Shown here one piece after another: positions 7,322 to 16,524 of a DNA stretch of 45,462 bases (positions are counted from its first letter, which is position 1; each line of letters starts with the position of its first letter). Position numbers and translations under genes: made by a program. This DNA is from Gammaproteobacteria bacterium (lineage in GTDB: Bacteria; Pseudomonadota; Gammaproteobacteria; Natronospirales; JANNEA01). Location: positions 1 through 45,462 of the forward strand of contig JANNEA010000033.1 of the NCBI GenBank assembly GCA_031388175.1, written 5' to 3'. The notes beneath the pieces were generated by a model. It ran no database searches. It was given only the letters and a program-made list of their open reading frames with translations, and was not told the DNA's origin.

Positions 7322-8428
7322 ATGCGCAAGTCCACTGCCACCCAAATCCTCCTGTTCGCCGCGATCGCGGCCAGCCTCGTCGGCTGCAAGAACGGCAGCG
7401 CCGACATGGCGGACAAGAAAGAAGAGACCCCAGCGATCCCGGTAGAGACAGCGGTCGCTGCCACCGGGTCGGTCAGCGCGGTCTACAGCGGCACCGCAAG
7501 CCTCGAGGCCGAGCAACAGGCGACGGTCGTCGCCAAAGTCAGTGGTGTCGTCACCAAGCTCCTGGTCGAGGAAGGCACGCGCGTTCGCGCCGGGCAAGTC
7601 CTGGCGAAGCTCGACGATGCCCGGATGAAGCTGGAACTCGACCGCGCTCGGGCCAACCTCGCCAAGCTTGAGCAGGAATACAGCCGCAACATGCAGCTGC
7701 ATGACAAGGGTCTGGTGAGCGCTGACGCCTACGAGCGAATCAAGTTCGACCTCGACGCCCTGAAGGCGCAGTTTGAGCTGGCGAAGCTGGACCTGGATTA
7801 CACCTCGATCCGTGCGCCGATCGATGGCATCGTGTCCGAGCGACTGATCAAGGTCGGCAACATGGTCACGGTGAACCAGTCGGTGTTCGTGGTCACCGAT
7901 TTCGACCCGCTGCTGGCGAGCCTGTTCGTGCCAGAACGCGAGCTCGACAAATTGCGCGCCCAACAGCGAGCGGCGGTCTCCGCTGATGCACTCCCGGGCC
8001 AGCGCTTCACCGCGACGATCGATCGGATCAGCCCCACCGTGGACCCGAAGACCGGCACCTTCAAGGTAACGATCGCCGTGGCTGATCCAACGCGCCGCCT
8101 CAAGCCCGGCATGTTCGGTCGCATCGACATCACCTACGATGTGCGCAGCAACACCTTGCTGGTGCCGCGCGCCGCAGTACTGCAAGAAGACGCCGAGTCT
8201 GCGGTGTTCATGGTCAAGGACGGTGTGGCAATTCGCCGCACCGTGACCACGGGCTACACCAACAACGGCAGCATCGAGGTCGTGTCGGGCCTGAGCGTCG
8301 GCGACACTGTCGTGACGGTCGGCCAGACCAGCCTCAAGGATGGCGCCAAGGTCATCCAGGTAGGCGCCAAGCCTGGTGAGACCAAGGTCGCTGCCGGTGA
8401 CGGCGCCAAGAAGGGCGGCCAGGCCTGA
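7322..8428 (+). CDS. RND efflux periplasmic adaptor (membrane fusion protein, HlyD/AcrA family), lipoprotein
   Basis: Lipobox 'AASLVGC'. Lipoyl/hairpin/beta-barrel pattern: 'VVAKVSGVVTKLLVEEGTRVRAGQVLAKLDD', a coiled-coil hairpin, and 'IRAPIDGIVSERLIKVGNMV'. Confidence 0.9.
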   Translation: MRKSTATQILLFAAIAASLVGCKNGSADMADKKEETPAIPVETAVAATGSVSAVYSGTASLEAEQQATVVAKVSGVVTKLLVEEGTRVRAGQVLAKLDDARMKLELDRARANLAKLEQEYSRNMQLHDKGLVSADAYERIKFDLDALKAQFELAKLDLDYTSIRAPIDGIVSERLIKVGNMVTVNQSVFVVTDFDPLLASLFVPERELDKLRAQQRAAVSADALPGQRFTATIDRISPTVDPKTGTFKVTIAVADPTRRLKPGMFGRIDITYDVRSNTLLVPRAAVLQEDAESAVFMVKDGVAIRRTVTTGYTNNGSIEVVSGLSVGDTVVTVGQTSLKDGAKVIQVGAKPGETKVAAGDGAKKGGQA

Positions 8429-8453
8429 TCACGAGCGTCCGGGGAACTGCGCC

Positions 8454-8987
8454 ATGCTCCTGCGAACCGCGTTGTTGATGGCCGCTGGCGCGGTCACGGT
8501 GAGCGCGGCGGCCGGGCCGAACTGCGACGCACTCGACCTGGGGCAGCGCGTCGAGCTGCGCGATACCGATATCGACCTGGACGGACGTGACCTCGTGCTG
8601 CGCGCTTCCGGCGCCGAGCTCGTGCATGTTGATGCCAAGGGCAAACTGTTCGTGGAAGGCCGTCCGGTCACGGTGCCCGCATCGGCGCAACCACATCTCG
8701 ATGCCTACGTCGACGGCTTCCATCGGTTGGGGGCGGACGCCACTGACGTCGGCCACGCCGGTGCCAAGCTGGGAGTCCATGCGCTGACCGGCCTGGTGAA
8801 CGTGCTGTTCACGGAATCGACGATCGACGACTACGAGCGTGACATGGAGCGAGCCGGCGAGCGCCTCGAGGGACGAACCGAGCAACTTTGCCAGGTCGTC
8901 GCCGATCTCCAGCGCACCGAGCGTGAGCTGCAGCAGCGCATCCCGGCCTTCCCCGCCTTCCTCTCCCCCGTTCAAACCGCGCTCTAG
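8454..8987 (+). CDS. Secreted hypothetical protein, DUF2884 (YggN)-like
   Basis: Starts at the in-frame ATG 'MLLRTALLMAAGAVTVSAAAG' (signal peptide). The layout is a Cys early in the mature part, then 'L..DG.L.V.G..V.....Q......Y', then a C-terminal helical part with a second Cys ('EQLCQVVADL') and 'PAFPAF'. This resembles the DUF2884 layout as I recall it. Confidence 0.5.
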   Translation: MLLRTALLMAAGAVTVSAAAGPNCDALDLGQRVELRDTDIDLDGRDLVLRASGAELVHVDAKGKLFVEGRPVTVPASAQPHLDAYVDGFHRLGADATDVGHAGAKLGVHALTGLVNVLFTESTIDDYERDMERAGERLEGRTEQLCQVVADLQRTERELQQRIPAFPAFLSPVQTAL

Positions 8988-9002
8988 ACCACAGGGATCA
9001 AC

Positions 9003-12000
9003 GTGGATCGCAACCAAACTCTGGGCATCGTCCGCCTTGCCACCGAACGCCGCGTCACAATCATGATGGTGACCATCGCGATCTTGGTGTTCGGCTTCGT
9101 CTCGCTGTCGCGACTCAAGCTGAACCTGCTGCCCGAGCTGTCCTATCCGACCGTCACCATCCGCACCGAGCTCGTAGGCGCAGCGCCAACCGAGCTCGAG
9201 AACCTGGTCAGCAAGCCGATCGAGGAAGCGGTCGGCGTGATCAAGGGTGTGCGCCAGGTGCGTTCCGTCTCGCGCTCCGGCCAATCGGACGTAACCCTGG
9301 AGTTCCAGTGGGGCACGGAGATGGACTACGCGGGCGTCGACATCCGCGAGAAGCTCGACGTGCTCAACCTGCCGCTCGAGGCGAAGCGCCCAGTGTTGCT
9401 GCGCTTCGACCCGTCGGCCGAACCGGTCGTCCGGATGGGCCTGTCGCTCGAGCAGAAGGAAGGCGCCGCCCCGCTCTCCGAGGAACAGCTGAAGGCGCTG
9501 CGTCGCTATGCCGACGAGCAGCTCAAGAAGGAGTTCGAATCGATCGAGGGCGTCGCCGCGGTCAAGATTAGCGGCGGCCTCGAAGATGAGGTCCAGATCC
9601 TGGTCGACCAGGAGAAGCTTGCGCGGCTGAAACTTTCGATCGCGACGGTGGCCCAGCGGTTGCGCGCAGAGAACGTGAACCTCTCAGGTGGCAGGCTTGA
9701 GGAGGGCAACCAGCAGTACCTCGTGCGCACGGTCAACGAGTTCAAGACCGTAGAGGAGATCGGCAACGCAATCGTGATGCTCTCCGACGGTCAGCCGGTC
9801 TACCTGCGCGACGTTGCGACGGTGCAGCAAGGTTACAAGGAGCGGCAGGCGATCACCCGCGTCGGCGGCCAAGAGTCGGTCGAACTGGCGATCTACAAGG
9901 AAGGCGACGCCAATACCGTGAGCGTCGGCGAACAGCTCGACGGCCGCCTCGAACGCATCCAGAAGGGCCTGCCTGCGAACTACAAGCTCAAGAAAGTCTA
10001 CGACCAGGCGAGCTTCATCTCCGAGGCTGTCAGTGAGGTCGTGCAGGCCGCTCTGTGGGGCGGTCTGTTGTCCGCGCTGCTGATCTATCTGTTCCTGCGG
10101 AACATCTGGGCTACGGTCGTGATCTCGATCTCGATCCCGGTGTCGGTGATCGCCGCGTTCAACGTGATGTACTTCAGCAACATCACGCTCAACATCATGT
10201 CGCTCGGCGGCATCGCGCTCGCCGTCGGCATGGTGGTCGACGATTCGATCGTGGTGCTCGAGAACATCGAGAAGCATCTCCACTCGGGTGCGTCAGCGCT
10301 CGACGCCGCGCTCAAGGGCACCAGCGAGATGGGCCTCGCGGTGATCGCGACCACTCTCACCACCGTCGCGGTGTTCTTCCCGCTGGTGTTCGTCAAGGGT
10401 GTCGCTGGCCAGCTGTTCCGCGATCAGGCGCTCACGGTCACCTACACGCTGCTGTTCTCGCTGCTGGTGTCGCTGACGCTCATCCCGATGCTGGTCGCAG
10501 CGCGGCAGCGCCGGGCTCCCGAACCACTGCCGGCCGATCCCGAACCGATGCCTGCATCCGAGCCCGTTGATCTCATTCAGTCGCCGCTGATGGGCGACCC
10601 GTCCCGCTTGGCCAAAATGCGCGCGATGACCTGGCACGGACTTGTCAGGCTCGGCGGCTGGCTCGCCATCGCCGGCAAGTACCTGCACATCGCCGGCAGC
10701 GCGCTGCTGCGTTGGGTGATGGCTGGGGTCGTGATTGCCGGCCGGGCACTGTCGATCGCCGGCAGCTGGGCCACCGATTGGCTCGTGATCCGCTTCCAGT
10801 CCAGCTACGCGAAGGTCGAGGTCGACTACGAGCGCCTGCTCGAATGGGCGCTCGGCCACCGCCAGAAGATCCTGCTGTTCGCCACTGGCGCCTTCGTCGT
10901 CGCGGTCGGCCTGGTGCCTCTGCTCGGCGTCGAGCTCATCCCCGCGCTGTCGCAGGGCGAGTTCCACGTGCAGGTGAAGCTGCCACCGGGCACGCCGATA
11001 GACCGCACCGACGCTGCCATCCAGGCGGTGCAACGCGCCGCCGCTGGCGTCGACACGATAGAGACCACCTACTCCGTCGCTGGCACTGGCAACCGCCTCG
11101 ACGCCAACCCGGTCGACTCGGGCGAGAACGCCGGAACGCTGAACGCAGTGATGCGCAGCGATGCCGGTCGAGTGGACGAGGAGCGTGCGATCGCCGCCTT
11201 GCGCGCGGCGCTCGCCGACCTGCCTGGCGTCGAGTACAAGTTCGGCCGTCCCGAGCTGTTCAGCTTCAAGACGCCGCTTGAGATCGAGATCGTGGGCTAC
11301 GACCTCGACAACCTGAAGCTCGCCGGCGACCTGATCGCCGGCCAGATGGCCGCCTCCGACCGCTTCGCCGACGTCAAATCATCGATGGAGGCCGGACATC
11401 CTGAGATCCAGATCCATTTCGACCAGGCGCGCGCAGCGCAACTCGGGTTGGTGGTGAGCGAGGTCGCCGATCGAGTGGTCAAGAAGGTCCGCGGCGAGAT
11501 CGCCACCCGCTATACCCTGCGCGACCGCAAGATCGATGTGTTGGTGCGCAACCTCGAGGAGCAGCGCTCCTCGGTTGAGGACATCCGCAAGCTCATCGTC
11601 AATCCGGAGAGCGATCGCCCGGTGACGCTCGATGCCGTAGCGGACATCGAGGTCGGCAGCGGCCCGAGCGAGGTCCGCCGCATCGCACAGGAACGCGTGG
11701 CAGTGGTGTCCGCGAACCTGAAGAAGGGCGATCTCGGTGCCGGCGTGACCGAGGTCAACCAGATCATCGCCCGCTCGACATTGCCCGCCGGCATCGTCAC
11801 GCGCATCGCCGGTCAGAACGAGGAGATGCAGAGCTCGTTCCGCTCGATGCAGTTCGCGCTGGCCTTGGCTATCTTCCTGGTCTATCTGGTGATGGCATCG
11901 CAGTTCGAGTCGCTGCTGCATCCGTTCGTGATCCTGTTCACGATCCCGCTCGGCGTGGTCGGCGCGGTCGCGGCGCTGCTGCTCACCAATACGACAATCA

Positions 12001-12365
12001 GCGTCATCGTGTTCATCGGCCTGATCATGCTCGCCGGCATCGTGGTCAAGAACGCGATTATCCTGATCGACGTCATCAACCGGATGCGCGTCCAGGGCGT
12101 CGAGGTGCATCGCGCGATCGTCGATGGCTCGCGCTCGCGACTGCGGCCGATCGTGATGACCTCGTTGTGCACCACGCTGGGGCTGCTGCCGATGGCGCTG
12201 GGACTCGGCGCCGGCGCGGAGATCCGTGCGCCGATGGCAATCACGGTGATCGGCGGCCTGACCGTCTCGACGCTGCTGACCCTGATCGTGATACCGGTCG
12301 TGTACTCGCTGCTGGAGCGTGATGTGCCAGAACCAACGCCCGGGACGGTCGAGGAGCTCGCCTGA
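9003..12365 (+). CDS. RND efflux transporter permease (AcrB/MdtB-type), long form with an enlarged central loop
   Basis: 1120 aa from a GTG start. 'RRVTIMMVTIAILVFG..LPELSYPTVTIRTE' is a typical RND N-terminus. 12-TM plus two-periplasmic-loop architecture. 'GMVVDDSIVVLENI' in TM4. Confidence 0.92.
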   Translation: MDRNQTLGIVRLATERRVTIMMVTIAILVFGFVSLSRLKLNLLPELSYPTVTIRTELVGAAPTELENLVSKPIEEAVGVIKGVRQVRSVSRSGQSDVTLEFQWGTEMDYAGVDIREKLDVLNLPLEAKRPVLLRFDPSAEPVVRMGLSLEQKEGAAPLSEEQLKALRRYADEQLKKEFESIEGVAAVKISGGLEDEVQILVDQEKLARLKLSIATVAQRLRAENVNLSGGRLEEGNQQYLVRTVNEFKTVEEIGNAIVMLSDGQPVYLRDVATVQQGYKERQAITRVGGQESVELAIYKEGDANTVSVGEQLDGRLERIQKGLPANYKLKKVYDQASFISEAVSEVVQAALWGGLLSALLIYLFLRNIWATVVISISIPVSVIAAFNVMYFSNITLNIMSLGGIALAVGMVVDDSIVVLENIEKHLHSGASALDAALKGTSEMGLAVIATTLTTVAVFFPLVFVKGVAGQLFRDQALTVTYTLLFSLLVSLTLIPMLVAARQRRAPEPLPADPEPMPASEPVDLIQSPLMGDPSRLAKMRAMTWHGLVRLGGWLAIAGKYLHIAGSALLRWVMAGVVIAGRALSIAGSWATDWLVIRFQSSYAKVEVDYERLLEWALGHRQKILLFATGAFVVAVGLVPLLGVELIPALSQGEFHVQVKLPPGTPIDRTDAAIQAVQRAAAGVDTIETTYSVAGTGNRLDANPVDSGENAGTLNAVMRSDAGRVDEERAIAALRAALADLPGVEYKFGRPELFSFKTPLEIEIVGYDLDNLKLAGDLIAGQMAASDRFADVKSSMEAGHPEIQIHFDQARAAQLGLVVSEVADRVVKKVRGEIATRYTLRDRKIDVLVRNLEEQRSSVEDIRKLIVNPESDRPVTLDAVADIEVGSGPSEVRRIAQERVAVVSANLKKGDLGAGVTEVNQIIARSTLPAGIVTRIAGQNEEMQSSFRSMQFALALAIFLVYLVMASQFESLLHPFVILFTIPLGVVGAVAALLLTNTTISVIVFIGLIMLAGIVVKNAIILIDVINRMRVQGVEVHRAIVDGSRSRLRPIVMTSLCTTLGLLPMALGLGAGAEIRAPMAITVIGGLTVSTLLTLIVIPVVYSLLERDVPEPTPGTVEELA

Positions 12366-12366
12366 C

Positions 12367-15300
12367 ATGAACATCACCGAACTGTCGATACGCCGGCCCG
12401 TCACCACGGTGATGCTGTTCGTCTGCTTCGCGGCGATCGGCGCGATCTCGGCCAGGCTGCTGCCGCTCGAGTACTTCCCGAGCATCGAGTTCCCGTTCGT
12501 CCAGGTGAACGTGCCCTACCAGGGCTCGACGCCCGAGGAGGTCGAGCGCCTGATCACCAAACCGATTGAGGAGGCGCTGGCGACGATCGGCGGCATCGAG
12601 GACATGCGTTCTGAGTCGAGCCAGAACGGCGCAAACATCGGCGTGTTCTTCGGCTGGGGCGCGGATCCCGCGGTGAAGGGGCTCGAGGTCCTGGACAAGA
12701 TCGACGCGATCCGCGGCACTTTGCCCAGCGACGTAGAGCGCGTGTTCGTGCGCAAGGAGTCGACCGCCGACCAGTCGATGCTGCGGATCCGCCTCTCGAG
12801 CAACCGCGACCTGTCCGACGCCTACGACATGCTCGACCGCAGCATCAAACGGCGATTGGAGCGCATCGACGGCGTCTCGCAGGTGACGCTCTACGGCGTC
12901 GAGAAGAAGGAGATCCGCATCCTGCTGCTGGCGGACCGGATCGCCGCACACAACGTCGACGTGACCAAGTTGTCGCAGGTGCTGCGCGACGCGAACTTCT
13001 CCGTCACCGCCGGGCAGATCACCGACGAAGGCTCGCGCTTCAGCGTCCACCCGCTCGGCGAGTTCCGCTCGCTCACCGAGATCGAGGATCTGATCATCGA
13101 CGGCACGCTGCGGCTGGGTGACGTCGCCAAGGTGACGCTCGGGTCGCCGGAGCGCGAGTACGGCCGTCACCTCGACCGCCGCTATGCGATCGGTCTCGAC
13201 GTGTTCAAGGAAACCGGCTCGAACCTGGTCGAGGTCTCGCGTCGCGTGTTCGTCGAGCTCGACGAGATCAAGAAGCTGCCACAGATGCAGGGCATCGTGT
13301 TGTTCTACATGGACAACCAGGCTGAGGGCGTCACCACCTCGCTCGGCGACCTCGCTGAGGCCGGGATGATCGGCCTGTTGCTCTCGATCTGCGTGCTGTA
13401 CTTCTTCCTGCGCAATTGGGCGACGACACTGATGATCGCGCTGGCGGTCCCGGCATCGCTGTCGGTCGCGCTCGCCGGCATGTACTTCATCGGCTTGAGC
13501 CTGAACATCCTGTCGATGATGGGCCTGATGCTGGCGGTCGGCATGCTGGTCGACAACGCCGTGGTCGTGGTCGAGAACATCCACCGCAAGCAGCTGCAGT
13601 TCGGTCTCAGCCCCTACCAGGCAGCGCTCGAGGGCACCCGCGAGGTCGGGCTCGCGATCACCGCCGGCACACTGTCGACCGTGATCGTGTTCGTGCCCAA
13701 CATCTTCGGCAGCCAGAACGAGATCACCATCTTCCTGTCGCACGTCGCCTGGGCGATCGTGATCTCGCTGCTTGCCTCGTTGTTCATCGCGCTGACCCTG
13801 ATCCCGATGCTGGTCGCGCGCTTGCCGCCGCCCAAGCCGATCGAGGGCGGCACGGTGATCGACCGGATCAGCGACCGCTACGAGCAACTGGTCGGTTGGA
13901 CCCTGCGTCACAAGGTGCGCACCAGCTTGCTCATCGTGGTCACCCTGCTGTCGGTGGCGTTGCCCATGGGCATGGTCAAGATGGACATGTTCCCGCAGGA
14001 GGGTTCGCGCCGGGTCTACATGAACTACCAGATCGAGGGGCGCTACAGCCTGGAGCAGGTCGAGGCCGCGGTCACCACGATCGAGAACTACCTCTACGCG
14101 CACCAGAAGGAATGGGAGATCGAGTCTGTCTACAGCTACTTCGACAAGGGCAGCGCCTTCACCGTCGCCCTGCTGGTGGATGACGACAAGGCAGAACGCG
14201 ACACCAACGAGATCCGCGAAGAGATGCGCAAGGACATGCCCAAACTCGCGATCGGTGCACCGAGCTTCGAGTTCAGGCGCACCGGTAGCGCCGAAGGCCT
14301 GAAGGTGTATTTGCGCGGCGACTCGAGCCAGGATCTCGTACCCCTGAGCAGGGAAGTCGCGCGCATCCTGGCAAAAGTCGAGGGCCTGACCGACGTGCGA
14401 TCGTCAGCGCGCGGCGAGGAACACGAGGTGCAGATCGTGGTCGATCGCGATCGCGCCCTGCTGCGCGGGCTCAGCACCCAGGCGGTGGCGAGCAACGTCG
14501 CCGTCGCACTGCGCGGCCAGAACCTGCGACAGTTCCGCGGCGCCGAGGGCGAGATCTCGGTCCGCCTGACCTATGACGCCGACGACAGCCAAACGCTCGA
14601 CCAGCTGGCCTCGCTGTCGCTGTTCGCGCCGAACGGCGAGCGGGTGCCGCTGTCATCGATCGCCGACCTGCGGGTCGTGCGCTCGCCGATGGCGATCGAG
14701 CGCGAGCAGCGCAAGACCTCCGTCGCGATCGACGCCGGTCTGGGCAAGGACGTCACCATGGACCAGGTCCGGCCGAGGATCGAGAAGGTCATGGACAGCA
14801 TCAAACTGCCTGCCGGCTACTCCTGGGGCTTCGGCCGCGGCGTCGAGAACGACGACGAGACCGGCAACATCATGCTGACCAACATGATGCTGGCGCTGAT
14901 GCTGATCTACCTGGTGATGGCCGCACTGTTCGAATCGCTGCTGTCACCGTTCGTGATCATCTGGACGATCTTCTTCTCGATCATCGGCGTGTTCTGGTTC
15001 TTCTTCGCTTCGCAGACCACGTTCTCGTTCATGGCGATGATCGGCATCCTGATCCTGATGGGCGTGGTGGTTAACAACGGCGTGGTTATGATCGACCACG
15101 TCAACCAGCTGCGGGCCAAGGGCATGCCACGCGACGAGGCGTTGCGGCGCGGTGCGCGCGATAGGTTGCGACCGATCTTGATGACGACGGCGTCGACCCT
15201 GCTCGGTCTGATCCCGCTGGCGATCGGCGACACACAGATCGGCGGCGATGGCCCGCCCTACTTCCCGATGGCGCGGGCGATCATCGGTGGGCTGCTGTTC

Positions 15301-15441
15301 TCGACCTTCGCCAGCTTGATCTTCCTGCCGACCATCTTCTGCTGGTACGAGGGGTTCGGCCGCTGGTGGCAAGGGAAGCTGGCTGCAGCGCGAGCGGTGC
15401 AGGTCCTCAAGCCGGCGACGGACGCAGTCGACGGCACCTGA
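12367..15441 (+). CDS. Second RND efflux transporter permease (MdtC-like partner)
   Basis: In-frame ATG 'MNITELSIRRPVTTVMLFVCFAAIG' one nt after the stop of the preceding RND gene. 'GMLVDNAVVVVENI' present. 1024 aa. Confidence 0.92.
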   Translation: MNITELSIRRPVTTVMLFVCFAAIGAISARLLPLEYFPSIEFPFVQVNVPYQGSTPEEVERLITKPIEEALATIGGIEDMRSESSQNGANIGVFFGWGADPAVKGLEVLDKIDAIRGTLPSDVERVFVRKESTADQSMLRIRLSSNRDLSDAYDMLDRSIKRRLERIDGVSQVTLYGVEKKEIRILLLADRIAAHNVDVTKLSQVLRDANFSVTAGQITDEGSRFSVHPLGEFRSLTEIEDLIIDGTLRLGDVAKVTLGSPEREYGRHLDRRYAIGLDVFKETGSNLVEVSRRVFVELDEIKKLPQMQGIVLFYMDNQAEGVTTSLGDLAEAGMIGLLLSICVLYFFLRNWATTLMIALAVPASLSVALAGMYFIGLSLNILSMMGLMLAVGMLVDNAVVVVENIHRKQLQFGLSPYQAALEGTREVGLAITAGTLSTVIVFVPNIFGSQNEITIFLSHVAWAIVISLLASLFIALTLIPMLVARLPPPKPIEGGTVIDRISDRYEQLVGWTLRHKVRTSLLIVVTLLSVALPMGMVKMDMFPQEGSRRVYMNYQIEGRYSLEQVEAAVTTIENYLYAHQKEWEIESVYSYFDKGSAFTVALLVDDDKAERDTNEIREEMRKDMPKLAIGAPSFEFRRTGSAEGLKVYLRGDSSQDLVPLSREVARILAKVEGLTDVRSSARGEEHEVQIVVDRDRALLRGLSTQAVASNVAVALRGQNLRQFRGAEGEISVRLTYDADDSQTLDQLASLSLFAPNGERVPLSSIADLRVVRSPMAIEREQRKTSVAIDAGLGKDVTMDQVRPRIEKVMDSIKLPAGYSWGFGRGVENDDETGNIMLTNMMLALMLIYLVMAALFESLLSPFVIIWTIFFSIIGVFWFFFASQTTFSFMAMIGILILMGVVVNNGVVMIDHVNQLRAKGMPRDEALRRGARDRLRPILMTTASTLLGLIPLAIGDTQIGGDGPPYFPMARAIIGGLLFSTFASLIFLPTIFCWYEGFGRWWQGKLAAARAVQVLKPATDAVDGT

Positions 15442-15447
15442 CCCAGC

Positions 15448-16524
15448 CTATTGCTGCAGGAAGCCCTTGATCCCGAAATAGTCACCTTCGACCACGTTGA
15501 CGAGCATGCGACCGCCTTCGAGGTCGAAGGTCTTGACCTCGCGGGTGCCGGCACCGACCGCGCCATCGATCGCCGCCAGCAGTTCGCGCTCCGGCAGCGG
15601 GTCCGTGCCGCTGGCATACCGCGCCTTCTCCTGCAGGTGGGCGTAGCGCTGCGACAGCTTCAACTGCCGCTCAGCGTCGTTGTTCAGGCGAGAATTGCCT
15701 TCGCTCACGTGCACCAGCATCTGCAGGCAGGTCTTGGTGTCACCGTAGACGTTCGCGTTCGGCTGCTGGCCGTGCGTGTTCTGTGTGTGCTGTGCCACCT
15801 GGTTGGTCATCAACGTCTGGTACAGGTACTGCGCCAGTGCGATGACGTGCAGGTTGATCGTGCGCTTGGCCTGCATGCTGAGGCCCTTGTACTCGGGCGT
15901 CGGCGCCTGCTTGATGCCGTCGACCTCTGCGTTCAACTCCTGGTGGCGGTTGGCGACCGGCTTGAGCGTGGCTTCCATGTTGGCCAGCTCGCCCACCAAG
16001 CGCTTGCGCTTGAAGTAATGCCAGAAACGCTGTGACGCGGCCATATCGGTCTCGATCTGGCGCTTGCGCAACAGCACCTCATCGAGCTGCGACTGGGCGA
16101 AGCGCAGCTTGTCCTCGGCCGCCGTGAACTTCTGCCGCTGCGCATTGGCGAACTCGACCAGCAACTGCTGCTTCTCGTCGGCCTCGTGCTTCTGCGCCAG
16201 TTCGTAAGCGCGCTCCGCCAGCAAACCGTTGCAGCGCGACCAGAGCTGCGCCAGCTGGTAGTGGACGATGACGCTCTGGCCCTTCTCCGGATCGCTGAGG
16301 AAATCGTCCAGCGCCATGAGGCGCTTGCCCATCTCCTCGGCCTGGTTGCGGATTGCGCCCGACTCGTCGCGCGTGCTCGCGAGCTCGGCCGCGTTCTTGT
16401 CGTAAGCCTTCTTTAGCAGCTTGTACCGCTGGAACAGGTCGACGAGGCGCTCGTCGGTCGGATCCTCGTCCGGCGTCGCGTCGCCCTTGCCGGTGAGTTT
16501 CTTGAACAGATCAGCGAGAGCCAT
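15448..16524 (-). CDS. Hypothetical coiled-coil protein (358 aa), no family recognised
   Basis: Long ORF with protein-like, K/Q/E/L-rich helical composition and an acidic N-terminus 'GKGDATPDEDPTDE'. Its ATG shares one base with the stop of the upstream Rieske gene (TGATG at 16522-16526). Confidence 0.65.
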   Translation of the reverse strand: MALADLFKKLTGKGDATPDEDPTDERLVDLFQRYKLLKKAYDKNAAELASTRDESGAIRNQAEEMGKRLMALDDFLSDPEKGQSVIVHYQLAQLWSRCNGLLAERAYELAQKHEADEKQQLLVEFANAQRQKFTAAEDKLRFAQSQLDEVLLRKRQIETDMAASQRFWHYFKRKRLVGELANMEATLKPVANRHQELNAEVDGIKQAPTPEYKGLSMQAKRTINLHVIALAQYLYQTLMTNQVAQHTQNTHGQQPNANVYGDTKTCLQMLVHVSEGNSRLNNDAERQLKLSQRYAHLQEKARYASGTDPLPERELLAAIDGAVGAGTREVKTFDLEGGRMLVNVVEGDYFGIKGFLQQ

